Source of the DNA: a plasmid
Sequence record: NZ_CP020440.2
DNA: 64,000 nt
Reading direction: 5' to 3' (one strand)
The notes under the pieces are model-generated. The model made no database searches and was not told the origin of the DNA. It saw only the letters and a program-made list of their open reading frames with translations. Positions 8,812 through 17,082 of this stretch are shown piece by piece; positions within the stretch are counted from its first letter, which is position 1; the number at the start of each line of letters is the position of its first letter. Made by a program: the position numbers and the translations under genes.

Positions 8812-8940
8812 CATTGGGGGCAAACCGCCCTGACACGGGATAGTCATTGCGCAGGCCGTTGCACATCCCGCAGGACCACCGTCCTATGGGACGAAAGGCG
8901 GCGGGCCAGACCTGCCGCGCAATCGACAGGAAAGCCGGAC

Positions 8941-10026
8941 ATGAACCGCCGTCATCTTCTTTGCCTTGCCCGGACAGGCAGCATCCTGGCCGCACTCTGG
9001 GCGTCGCCCGGCCAGGCCCAGCAGCCGCCGGCGCAGGGGGCCAGGGCAGTGGGGACGATCGTCCTGCAATCCGAATCGGTGCCGCTGATCAGCACCATCC
9101 CGGGGCGCGCGGTGGCGCGCGACGCGGTCAGCATCCGTCCCCGCGTCGACGGCTTCGTGACGGACATCCTGTACAGACCCGGCCAGCCCATCAAGGCGGG
9201 CGCGCCCATGTTCCAGATCGACCGCACCACCTATCAGGCCTCGGTCGAACAGGCCCGCGCCAATCTCGCCTCGGCCAGGGCGGCGGTGCCGCAGGCCCAG
9301 GCGGCCTATGACCGGACCCGGCGGCTGCAGGGCTCTGCCGCGACCCAATCCTCGCTCGAAGAGGCGCTGGCGACGCTGGAACAGGCCCAGGCGGCCGAAA
9401 TGGCGGCCGAGGCCGCCCTGCGCACGGCCGAGGCGCAGCTGTCCTGGACCACGATCACCAGCCCGCTGGACGGCCTGCCCTCGGTTTCGGCGGTGTCGGT
9501 GGGCGATCTGGTCACGGCCGGGCAAGGCGATGCGCTGGCCACCGTCACCCAGCTTGATCCCATCGACGTGGACATGTTCGAGCCATCGGCCCGGTTGCAG
9601 CGCATCCGCGACCGCATCGAGGCCGGCACGATCCAGCGCGCGGATTCGATCAACGCGCAACTGACGCTGGAAAACGGCCGGACCTATGCCGCGAAGGGAG
9701 AATTGGTGGCGCCGGGGTTCGAGGTCTCGACCTCGACCGGGGCCATCGACTTCCGCTTTCGCTTCGAGAACCCCGAACGCCGCATCCTGCCCGGCATGTT
9801 CGTGCGCGGCAGCATCGAAATCGGCCGCATCCAGGCGATCCTGGTGCCGCAGATGGCGGCAACCCGCGGCCGCGACGGCACGCTGAGCGCCTGGGTGGCC
9901 GAGGACGGCAAGGCCGTGCGCCGCACCCTGACCGAGGAGGGCGTGCATGAAAACGCCTGGATCGTGACCGGCGGGCTGAACCCGGGCGAACGGCTGATCG
10001 TGAACGGCACCACGGGTCTGGCCTAG
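8941..10026 (+). CDS. RND efflux membrane fusion protein (periplasmic adaptor, AcrA/HlyD-like)
   Basis: Start MNRRHLLCLARTGSILAALWASPGQAQ (signal peptide), followed by lipoyl/beta-barrel adaptor-like sequence (IRPRVDGFVTDILYRPGQPIKAGAPMFQIDRTTYQA...). Lies upstream of an AcrB-like gene. Confidence 0.85.
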   Translation: MNRRHLLCLARTGSILAALWASPGQAQQPPAQGARAVGTIVLQSESVPLISTIPGRAVARDAVSIRPRVDGFVTDILYRPGQPIKAGAPMFQIDRTTYQASVEQARANLASARAAVPQAQAAYDRTRRLQGSAATQSSLEEALATLEQAQAAEMAAEAALRTAEAQLSWTTITSPLDGLPSVSAVSVGDLVTAGQGDALATVTQLDPIDVDMFEPSARLQRIRDRIEAGTIQRADSINAQLTLENGRTYAAKGELVAPGFEVSTSTGAIDFRFRFENPERRILPGMFVRGSIEIGRIQAILVPQMAATRGRDGTLSAWVAEDGKAVRRTLTEEGVHENAWIVTGGLNPGERLIVNGTTGLA

Positions 10027-10146
10027 GGCGCGGAAATCGCCCCGACCGCGGTCGAAATCGACGAAAACGGCGTCGTGCGCGATCTGCCGCCGGACGGAAC
10101 CGATCCCGCCCCCGCCACGCCCGCCGACGCAGGGACGAACTAGGCG

Positions 10147-13100
10147 ATGGCGCGTTTCTTCATTCACCGGCCCGTCTTTGCCTGGGTCTTGGCGATCATC
10201 ACCATGCTGGCGGGGGTGTTCGGCCTGTCCAGCCTGCCCATCGCGCAATATCCCGACATCGCGCCGACCACGGTGCGCATCAGCGCGACCTATACCGGCG
10301 CGTCGCCCGACATCGTGGAAAACTCGGTCACGACGGTGATCGAGGACGGGATGACCGGCATCGACGGTCTGATCTACATGACCTCGACGTCGTCGCAGGG
10401 CTCGGCCTCCATCCAGCTGACCTTCGACGGCAGCGTGGACCCCGACATCGCCCAGGTGCAGGTCCAGAACAAGCTGCAGCTGGTGACTCCGCAACTGCCC
10501 GACGCCGTGCAAAGCCAGGGCGTGTCGGTCAGCCGCTCGACCTCGTCGATCCTGCTGGTGGGGGCGCTGACCTCGACCGACGGCAGCCATACCTCGCTGG
10601 AACTGGGCGACCTGGTCAGCCAGATGATCGAGGATCCGGTCAAGCGCACCGCCGGGGTCGGTTCGATCAACGCCTTTGGCTCGGGCTACGCGATGCGCAT
10701 CTGGCTCGATCCCGACCGGATGCTGCAATATCAGGTGACGCCCGCGGATGTCGTCGCGGCCGTCAGCGAACAGAACACCAACGTCACCGTGGGCAGCCTG
10801 GGCGACCAACCCACGGTCAAGGGCCAGCAGCTGAACGTGGCCCTGTCGGCGCAGTCGCAACTGACCTCGGTGCGCGAATTCGAAAGCATCCTGCTGCGCA
10901 CCGACAGCGACGGCGCGACCATCTTCCTGGGCGACGTGGCCGACATCGAGATCGGGCAGGAGGACTACGGCAGCGCCTCGCGCTTCAACGGGATGCCGGC
11001 GGCGGGCTTCGGCGTGAACCTGGCGACGGGGGCGAATGCGGTCGACACCGCGGCGGCCGTGCGCCAGGTGCTGGACGGGCTGCAAGCCTCGCTGCCCGCC
11101 GGGGTGCAGATCGTCTATCCCTACGACACCTCGCCCTTTGTCGAGGAATCGATCAACCAGGTCTATCACACGCTGGCCGAGGCGGTGGTGCTGGTCTTCG
11201 TCGTCATCCTGATCTTCCTGCAAAGCTGGCGCGCGACGCTGATCCCGACGCTGGCGATCCCGGTGGTGCTGCTGGGGACCTTTGCCGTGCTGGCCTTCGC
11301 GGGCATGTCGATCAACACGCTGACCATGTTCGCCATGGTGCTGGCGATCGGCCTGCTGGTCGACGACGCCATCGTGGTGGTCGAGAACGTCGAGCGGGTG
11401 ATGGAGGAAGAGGGTCTTGGCCCCGTCGAGGCGACCGAGAAGAGCATGGACGAGATCTCGTCCGCGCTGGTCGGCATCGTGCTGGTCCTGTCGGCGGTGT
11501 TCCTGCCGATGGCCTTCATGTCGGGCTCGACCGGGGTGATCTATCGCCAGTTCTCGATCACCATCATCAGCGCCATGGTGCTGTCCCTGGCGGTCGCGCT
11601 GATCCTGACGCCGGCGATGTGCGCTACCTTGCTGAAGCCGAAGAAGCACGGCGGGGGCATCGCGCCGGCGCGCTGGTTCAACCGCACGCTCGACCGTGCG
11701 ACCAACGGCTATGCCGGCACGGTCGGCGCCTTCGTCAAGCGGCCGTTCCGCTTTCTGGTCGTGCTGCTGGCCTTTGGCCTGGGCGCCTGGATGCTGTACC
11801 AGAAACTGCCCGGATCGTTCCTGCCGTCCGAGGACCAGGGCGTGCTGATGGTCATGGTTGAAACCCCCGAGGGCTCGACCGCCGAACGCACCCGGGCGCT
11901 GGTTGAGGAAGTCGAGCAGTTCGTCCTTCAGGATGAAAAGGATACCGCCGACAGCGTGTTCGCCGCGCTTGGCTTCGGCTTCGGAGGCTCGGGCCAGCGC
12001 AATGCGATGGTGTTCATCAAGCTCAAGGACTTTGCCGAACGCAAAGGGTTCGACGCCGCCTCGATGGCGACGCGGGGCAACATGAAGTTCATGTCGAACA
12101 AGAACGGCCGCGTGTTCTTCATGCAGCCGCCGGCAATCCAGGGCATGGGCAACTCCGCAGGCTTCACCATGCAGCTGATCGACCAGGCCGGCACCGGGCA
12201 GGAACGGCTGGCGGCCGCCGCCGACGAACTGGTCGCCAAGGCCAATGCCGACGGCCGCGTGACCAGCCTGCAGGGCAACGACGCGCCGTTCCAGACCTCG
12301 CGGCGCATCACCATCGACCAGCAGAAGGCCGCGGCCTATGGGCTGTCGATCTCGGACCTGAACCAGACGCTGTCGATCATCTTCGCCAGCGCCAACGTCA
12401 ACGACTTTTCGCTGTCGGGCGAACTGCGGCCGGTGATCGTGCAGGGGCAGGCCCAGGCCCGGATGCAGCCCGACGACATCGAGAAGTGGTATGTCAGAAA
12501 CAGCGATGGCGACATGGTGCCCTTCACCGCCTTCACTGCGCAAAGCTGGGACCAGCAGGCGCAAAGCCTGGCGCGCTATGGCGGCACCCGCGCCATGCAG
12601 ATTTCGGGCGAGGCGGCGCAAGGCGTCTCCTCCGGTACGGCGATGGACGTGATGGAGGAGCTGGTCGGCCAGCTCGACGGCGGCTACGGCACGGCCTGGA
12701 CAGGGCTATCCTATCAGGAGCGGCTGTCGGGGAACCAGGCGCCCATGCTGTTCGCCCTGTCCGCGCTGGTCGTGTTCCTGGCCCTGGCCGCGCTTTACGA
12801 AAGCTGGTCGGTGCCGATCTCGGTGATGATGACCGTGCCCATCGGCATCGTCGGCGCGATGGCGGCCGCGCTGGTCTTCGGGCAGTCGAACGACGTCTAT
12901 TTCAAGGTCGGGATGCTGACCACCATCGGCCTTGCCGCCCGCAATGCCATCCTGATCGTCGAGTTCGCCGAGATGCTGCGAAAGCAGGGCAAGCCTTTGC
13001 TGGAGGCGGCGGTCGAGGCCTCGCGCATGCGGCTGCGGCCGATCCTGATGACGACGCTGGCCTTCATGCTGGGCGTCATGCCGCTTGCCCTGGCCAGCGG

Positions 13101-13242
13101 CGCGGGGGCAGCCGCGCAGAAATCCATCGGCATCGGGGTTCTGGGCGGCATCGCGACATCGGCTGTCATCGGCATCTTCCTGGTCGCCGTGTTCTATGTC
13201 GTGGTCCTGCGCGGCGTCAGTTTGATTCGGCGTAGGGGTTGA
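10147..13242 (+). CDS. RND efflux transporter permease (AcrB/MexB family, HAE1-like)
   Basis: 1031 aa, MARFFIHRPVFAWVLAIITMLAGVFGLSSLPIAQYPDIAPTTVRISATYTGASP... ; a canonical AcrB N-terminus at full length. Confidence 0.93.
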   Translation: MARFFIHRPVFAWVLAIITMLAGVFGLSSLPIAQYPDIAPTTVRISATYTGASPDIVENSVTTVIEDGMTGIDGLIYMTSTSSQGSASIQLTFDGSVDPDIAQVQVQNKLQLVTPQLPDAVQSQGVSVSRSTSSILLVGALTSTDGSHTSLELGDLVSQMIEDPVKRTAGVGSINAFGSGYAMRIWLDPDRMLQYQVTPADVVAAVSEQNTNVTVGSLGDQPTVKGQQLNVALSAQSQLTSVREFESILLRTDSDGATIFLGDVADIEIGQEDYGSASRFNGMPAAGFGVNLATGANAVDTAAAVRQVLDGLQASLPAGVQIVYPYDTSPFVEESINQVYHTLAEAVVLVFVVILIFLQSWRATLIPTLAIPVVLLGTFAVLAFAGMSINTLTMFAMVLAIGLLVDDAIVVVENVERVMEEEGLGPVEATEKSMDEISSALVGIVLVLSAVFLPMAFMSGSTGVIYRQFSITIISAMVLSLAVALILTPAMCATLLKPKKHGGGIAPARWFNRTLDRATNGYAGTVGAFVKRPFRFLVVLLAFGLGAWMLYQKLPGSFLPSEDQGVLMVMVETPEGSTAERTRALVEEVEQFVLQDEKDTADSVFAALGFGFGGSGQRNAMVFIKLKDFAERKGFDAASMATRGNMKFMSNKNGRVFFMQPPAIQGMGNSAGFTMQLIDQAGTGQERLAAAADELVAKANADGRVTSLQGNDAPFQTSRRITIDQQKAAAYGLSISDLNQTLSIIFASANVNDFSLSGELRPVIVQGQAQARMQPDDIEKWYVRNSDGDMVPFTAFTAQSWDQQAQSLARYGGTRAMQISGEAAQGVSSGTAMDVMEELVGQLDGGYGTAWTGLSYQERLSGNQAPMLFALSALVVFLALAALYESWSVPISVMMTVPIGIVGAMAAALVFGQSNDVYFKVGMLTTIGLAARNAILIVEFAEMLRKQGKPLLEAAVEASRMRLRPILMTTLAFMLGVMPLALASGAGAAAQKSIGIGVLGGIATSAVIGIFLVAVFYVVVLRGVSLIRRRG

Positions 13243-13281
13243 TGTCAGGCGCTTGCATGAAGAAGCTGGAAACGGACTGAT

Positions 13282-15885
13282 CTATTCGGCGGCCCTTGCG
13301 ACCGCCTGGGCCTCCAGGATGGCGCGAATCTCGGGCCGGCACGAACCGCAGTTCGTGCCCGCGCCAAGCGCCTTGCCCACCGCCTCGACCGAGGTCAGGG
13401 CCTGGCTGGCGATGGCCCGGACGATGCTGTTCACCCCGACCGAGAAGCAGGCGCAGATCAGCGCCCCGTCATCCGGCCGTCCGGCCGCGGCCTGACCCGC
13501 CAGCAGGTCCGGCCCGCAGTCCGCGCCAAGCGCGGCGGCCACATGGCTGCGCGACAGCGCGACGGGTTCGGGCGCGACGAACAGGGCCGCCTGCAGCCGC
13601 CCGTCCCGGACAAAGGCCAGCCGCACCAGGCTGCGGCGGCGATCCTGCATCACCAGCGGATCGCCCGGCAGGCCGAACAGGGCGCGCGCCTCCTGTATCC
13701 AGTCCTCGGGCAGGGCGCCGCCGGCCAGTTCCACCTGCTGGCCCTTGGGCAAGGTGGCCCGCGCCCAGTAATCCGCGCGCGGCGTGATCGGCCCGGCCGC
13801 GACCGCGAAGCCGTACCAGGCCGCCGCAAAGGGCCGGATCGCAACCTGCGCCGATTTCAGCGCAGGCTGGCCCGAGACGGGGTCGGTCAGCGCCGGCACC
13901 AGGGCGTCGACGCGCCCGGTCGGCGCGGTTTCGGCGGTCCAGTGCATCGGGGCAAAGGGCTGGCCGGGCGCCACGCGGTCGGTGACCAGGACGCGCAGGA
14001 CGGCACGGCCCAAGGGGCTTTCCACCTGCGCCAGCGTGGCGGGCCGCAGGCCCAGCCGGCCCGCATCCTGCGGGTGCAGTTCCAGGAAGGGCTCGGCCAT
14101 GTGCCTCGACAGCCGGGGTGACAGGCCGGTGCGGGTCATTGTGTGCCAATGGTCCCGCACCCGCCCGGTGTTCAGCCGGAAGGGATGATCGGGATCGGGG
14201 GCCATCGGGATGCGTGGGGCCACCGCCACCATCCGCGCCTTGCCCGACGGGGTATGAAAGCGGCCATCGCCAAAGAACCGCCCGCCCGTCTTGCGCGGCG
14301 ATTGCGGCCACAGGAACGGCTGCATCGCGTCGTAATCGGCCGTCTTGATGTTGGCATGGTCCGAGATGTCGAAGTCGCTGCCCAGCCGACCGGCGACGCC
14401 CGACAGGGCGGCGTGCTCGGCAAAGACCTGGGCCGGGTTTTCCCAGGCAAAGGCCTTGCCCCAGCCCATGCGGGCGGCAACATCCGCGATGATGCGCCAG
14501 TCGTCGCGCGCCTGGCCCGCCGGCGGCAGACTGCGGCGCTGGCGCGAGATGCGGCGTTCCGAGTTTGTCACCGTGCCGTCCTTTTCGCCCCAGCCGGTGG
14601 CGGGCAGCAGCACATGTGCAAGCCGCGTCGTGTCGGTCCGCGCCACCATGTCCGAGACCACCACGAAGTCGCAGCCGGCGATGGCGCGGGCGACCCGGTC
14701 GGCCTCGGGCATCGAGACGGCGGGATTGGTGCAGACGATCCACAGCGCCTTGATGCGCCCCTCCTCGACCGCGCGGAACATGTCCACGGCCTTCAGCCCG
14801 GGCTTTTCCGCGATGGTGGGCGAGGCCCAGAAGGACTGGACGGCGGCGCGATGGGCGGGGTTCTCGATCTCGAGGTGGCAGGCCAGCATGTTGGCAAGTC
14901 CGCCCACCTCGCGCCCGCCCATGGCGTTGGGCTGGCCGGTGATGCTGAAGGGACCCGTGCCGGGTTGGCCGATGCGCCCCGTCGCAAGGTGGCAGTTCAG
15001 GATGGCATTGACCTTGTCGGTCCCGTCGTCGGACTGGTTCACGCCCTGAGAATAGACCGTCACAACCCTGTCGCTGCCCCGCCAGATCGACAGAAACTGC
15101 GCCAGGTCGGCGGGGTCCAGGCCGGTGGTTTCCACAGCCGCCAGGCGGGCCTGCGCCAGGGCCTCTTCCACATCCTCGACATTTTCAAGGAAGTCCATGC
15201 AATCCACTGAATTGGAAAGAAGCCAGTTGAACAGATTGGTGTCTGTCCCAGGCCTCAGTGCCAGATGCAGATCGGCGATGTCGCAACTGGCCGTGCGGCG
15301 GGGATCGACGACCACGACCTGCGTGCCCCGCGCCTCGCGCGCGGCGGCAAGGCGCTGGTACAGCACCGGATGGCACCACGCCAGGTTCGACCCGACCAGC
15401 ACCACCACATCCGCCTGCTCAAGGTCCTCGTACAGTCCCGGCACGGTGTCAGAGCCGAATGCCCGGCGGTGCCCCGCGACCGACGAGGCCATGCACAGCC
15501 GCGAATTCGTGTCGATGTTGGCGCTGCCGACAAAGCCCTTCATCAACTTGTTGGCGACATAGTAATCCTCGGTCAACAACTGGCCCGAGACATACATGGC
15601 GACCGCATCCGGCCCATGCGCGGCGATGGTCCGGGACAGGCGCCCCGCGACCATGTCCAGCGCCTCGTCCCAGCCTGCCTCGCGCCCGTTGATGCGGGGG
15701 GCGAGCAGCCGGCCCCCCATCCCCAGGGTTTCACCCAGCGCCGCGCCCTTGACGCAGAGCCTGCCGAAATTCGCCGGATGATCGGGGTCGCCCGCGATGG
15801 CGAGCCCGCCCCGACCGTCGGGCGTGGCCAGCACCCCGCAGCCGGTGCCGCAATAGGGACAGGTGGTGCGGATGGGCTGGTGCAT
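13282..15885 (-). CDS. nasC: Assimilatory nitrate reductase catalytic subunit (molybdopterin oxidoreductase with C-terminal BFD-like [2Fe-2S] domain)
   Basis: Start MHQPIRTTCPYCGTGCGVLA (N-terminal Fe-S Cys cluster). MoCo oxidoreductase body. C-terminal CACFSVGVN...CGSCRPEIRAIL BFD-like motif. Last gene of the nas cluster. Confidence 0.9.
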   Translation of the reverse strand: MHQPIRTTCPYCGTGCGVLATPDGRGGLAIAGDPDHPANFGRLCVKGAALGETLGMGGRLLAPRINGREAGWDEALDMVAGRLSRTIAAHGPDAVAMYVSGQLLTEDYYVANKLMKGFVGSANIDTNSRLCMASSVAGHRRAFGSDTVPGLYEDLEQADVVVLVGSNLAWCHPVLYQRLAAAREARGTQVVVVDPRRTASCDIADLHLALRPGTDTNLFNWLLSNSVDCMDFLENVEDVEEALAQARLAAVETTGLDPADLAQFLSIWRGSDRVVTVYSQGVNQSDDGTDKVNAILNCHLATGRIGQPGTGPFSITGQPNAMGGREVGGLANMLACHLEIENPAHRAAVQSFWASPTIAEKPGLKAVDMFRAVEEGRIKALWIVCTNPAVSMPEADRVARAIAGCDFVVVSDMVARTDTTRLAHVLLPATGWGEKDGTVTNSERRISRQRRSLPPAGQARDDWRIIADVAARMGWGKAFAWENPAQVFAEHAALSGVAGRLGSDFDISDHANIKTADYDAMQPFLWPQSPRKTGGRFFGDGRFHTPSGKARMVAVAPRIPMAPDPDHPFRLNTGRVRDHWHTMTRTGLSPRLSRHMAEPFLELHPQDAGRLGLRPATLAQVESPLGRAVLRVLVTDRVAPGQPFAPMHWTAETAPTGRVDALVPALTDPVSGQPALKSAQVAIRPFAAAWYGFAVAAGPITPRADYWARATLPKGQQVELAGGALPEDWIQEARALFGLPGDPLVMQDRRRSLVRLAFVRDGRLQAALFVAPEPVALSRSHVAAALGADCGPDLLAGQAAAGRPDDGALICACFSVGVNSIVRAIASQALTSVEAVGKALGAGTNCGSCRPEIRAILEAQAVARAAE

Positions 15886-15889
15886 CGCG

Positions 15890-16735
15890 TCACTCGGCCG
15901 GCACGGCGGGGGCCTGCGGGGCCGGGTTGCGGTCCAGTTCGGGCGAGGTCTTGTGATGCGTGGCATAGATAACCCCGCCGACAAAGGTCAGCCCGCCGAC
16001 CAGGTTCCCGATGACGGTCGGGATCTCGTTCCAGATCATGTAATCCATGATCGTGAAATTGCCGCCCAGCAGCAGGCCCGCCGGGAACAGGAACATGTTC
16101 ACGATGGAATGTTCGAACCCCATGTAGAAGAACACCAGGATCGGCATCCACATCGCCATGATCTTGCCCGAAACGCTGGTGGACATCATCGCGGCCACCA
16201 CGCCGGTCGAGACCATCCAGTTGCACATGACCGCGCGCACGAACAGCGTCAGCATTCCCGCCGCGCCATGGGCGGCATAGCCGAGCGTCCGCCCTTCGCC
16301 GATATGGCCGATCTTTTCGCCCACCGCGTTCGGGGCCTCGGACCAGCCGAAGGTCACGATGATCGCCATGAACAGCGCGACCGTAAAGGCGCCGGCGAAA
16401 TTGCCCGCGAACACCAGCCCCCAGTTGCGCAGCATGCCGCGCAGGGTGACGCCGTGCCGCCGGTCGATCAGCGCCAGCGGGACCAGCGTGAACACCCCGG
16501 TCAGCAGGTCGAACCCCAGCAGGTAAAGCATGCAGAACCCGACCGGGAACAGCAGCGCGCCCAAAAGCGGGTTGCCGGTGTTGACCGTCACGGTGACGGC
16601 AAAGGCCGCCGCCAGCGCCAGGATCGCGCCTGCCATATAGGCGCGGATCAGCGTGTCGCGGGTGGACATGAAGACCTTCGCCTCTCCGGCGTCGATCATC
16701 TTCTTTGCAAAATCAGCGGGATTGACGTAGGACAT
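15890..16735 (-). CDS. nasH: Formate/nitrite transporter family protein (nitrite transporter)
   Basis: 281 aa FNT-family membrane protein (MSYVNPADFAKKMIDAGEAKVFMSTRDTLIRAYMAGAILALA...). Sits 4 nt upstream of nasC. Confidence 0.88.
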   Translation of the reverse strand: MSYVNPADFAKKMIDAGEAKVFMSTRDTLIRAYMAGAILALAAAFAVTVTVNTGNPLLGALLFPVGFCMLYLLGFDLLTGVFTLVPLALIDRRHGVTLRGMLRNWGLVFAGNFAGAFTVALFMAIIVTFGWSEAPNAVGEKIGHIGEGRTLGYAAHGAAGMLTLFVRAVMCNWMVSTGVVAAMMSTSVSGKIMAMWMPILVFFYMGFEHSIVNMFLFPAGLLLGGNFTIMDYMIWNEIPTVIGNLVGGLTFVGGVIYATHHKTSPELDRNPAPQAPAVPAE

Positions 16736-16746
16736 GATGTGTTTCC

Positions 16747-17082
16747 TCAGGCTGCGGCGTTGCGGCGGATCAAGCTGGCGTCGATCAGGACGCGGCCCTG
16801 CTGGACGCGGATGGGATAGGTGCGGACAGTGCCCTGGTCGGCGCCCTGCGCCGCGCCGGTGTTCATGTCGAAGACCCAGTTGTGCAGCGGGCAGGTGACG
16901 GACGTGCCGTGCACGATGCCCTCGGACAGCGGGCCGCCCTTGTGCGGGCAGCGGTCGTCCAGCGCAAAGACCTGGTCGTCCATGGTGCGGAACACCGCCA
17001 CGCAGCCCTGCGCGGTCTTGACTAGACGCGCGCCCTGCCGGGGGATGGCGTCCAAGGGTCCGATGTCAACGAAGATGGTCAT
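16747..17082 (-). CDS. nasG: Nitrite reductase small subunit / Rieske [2Fe-2S] ferredoxin (NirD-like)
   Basis: MTIFVDIGPLDAIPRQGARLV...CPHKGGPLSEG...CPLHNW Rieske motif. The start overlaps the nasB stop (ATGA). Confidence 0.88.
   Translation of the reverse strand: MTIFVDIGPLDAIPRQGARLVKTAQGCVAVFRTMDDQVFALDDRCPHKGGPLSEGIVHGTSVTCPLHNWVFDMNTGAAQGADQGTVRTYPIRVQQGRVLIDASLIRRNAAA

Noticed and set aside
8884-12621. 1245-aa minus-strand ORF antisense to the adaptor and AcrB-like genes
   Set aside because: Low-complexity antisense artefact. The plus strand encodes canonical full-length RND components.
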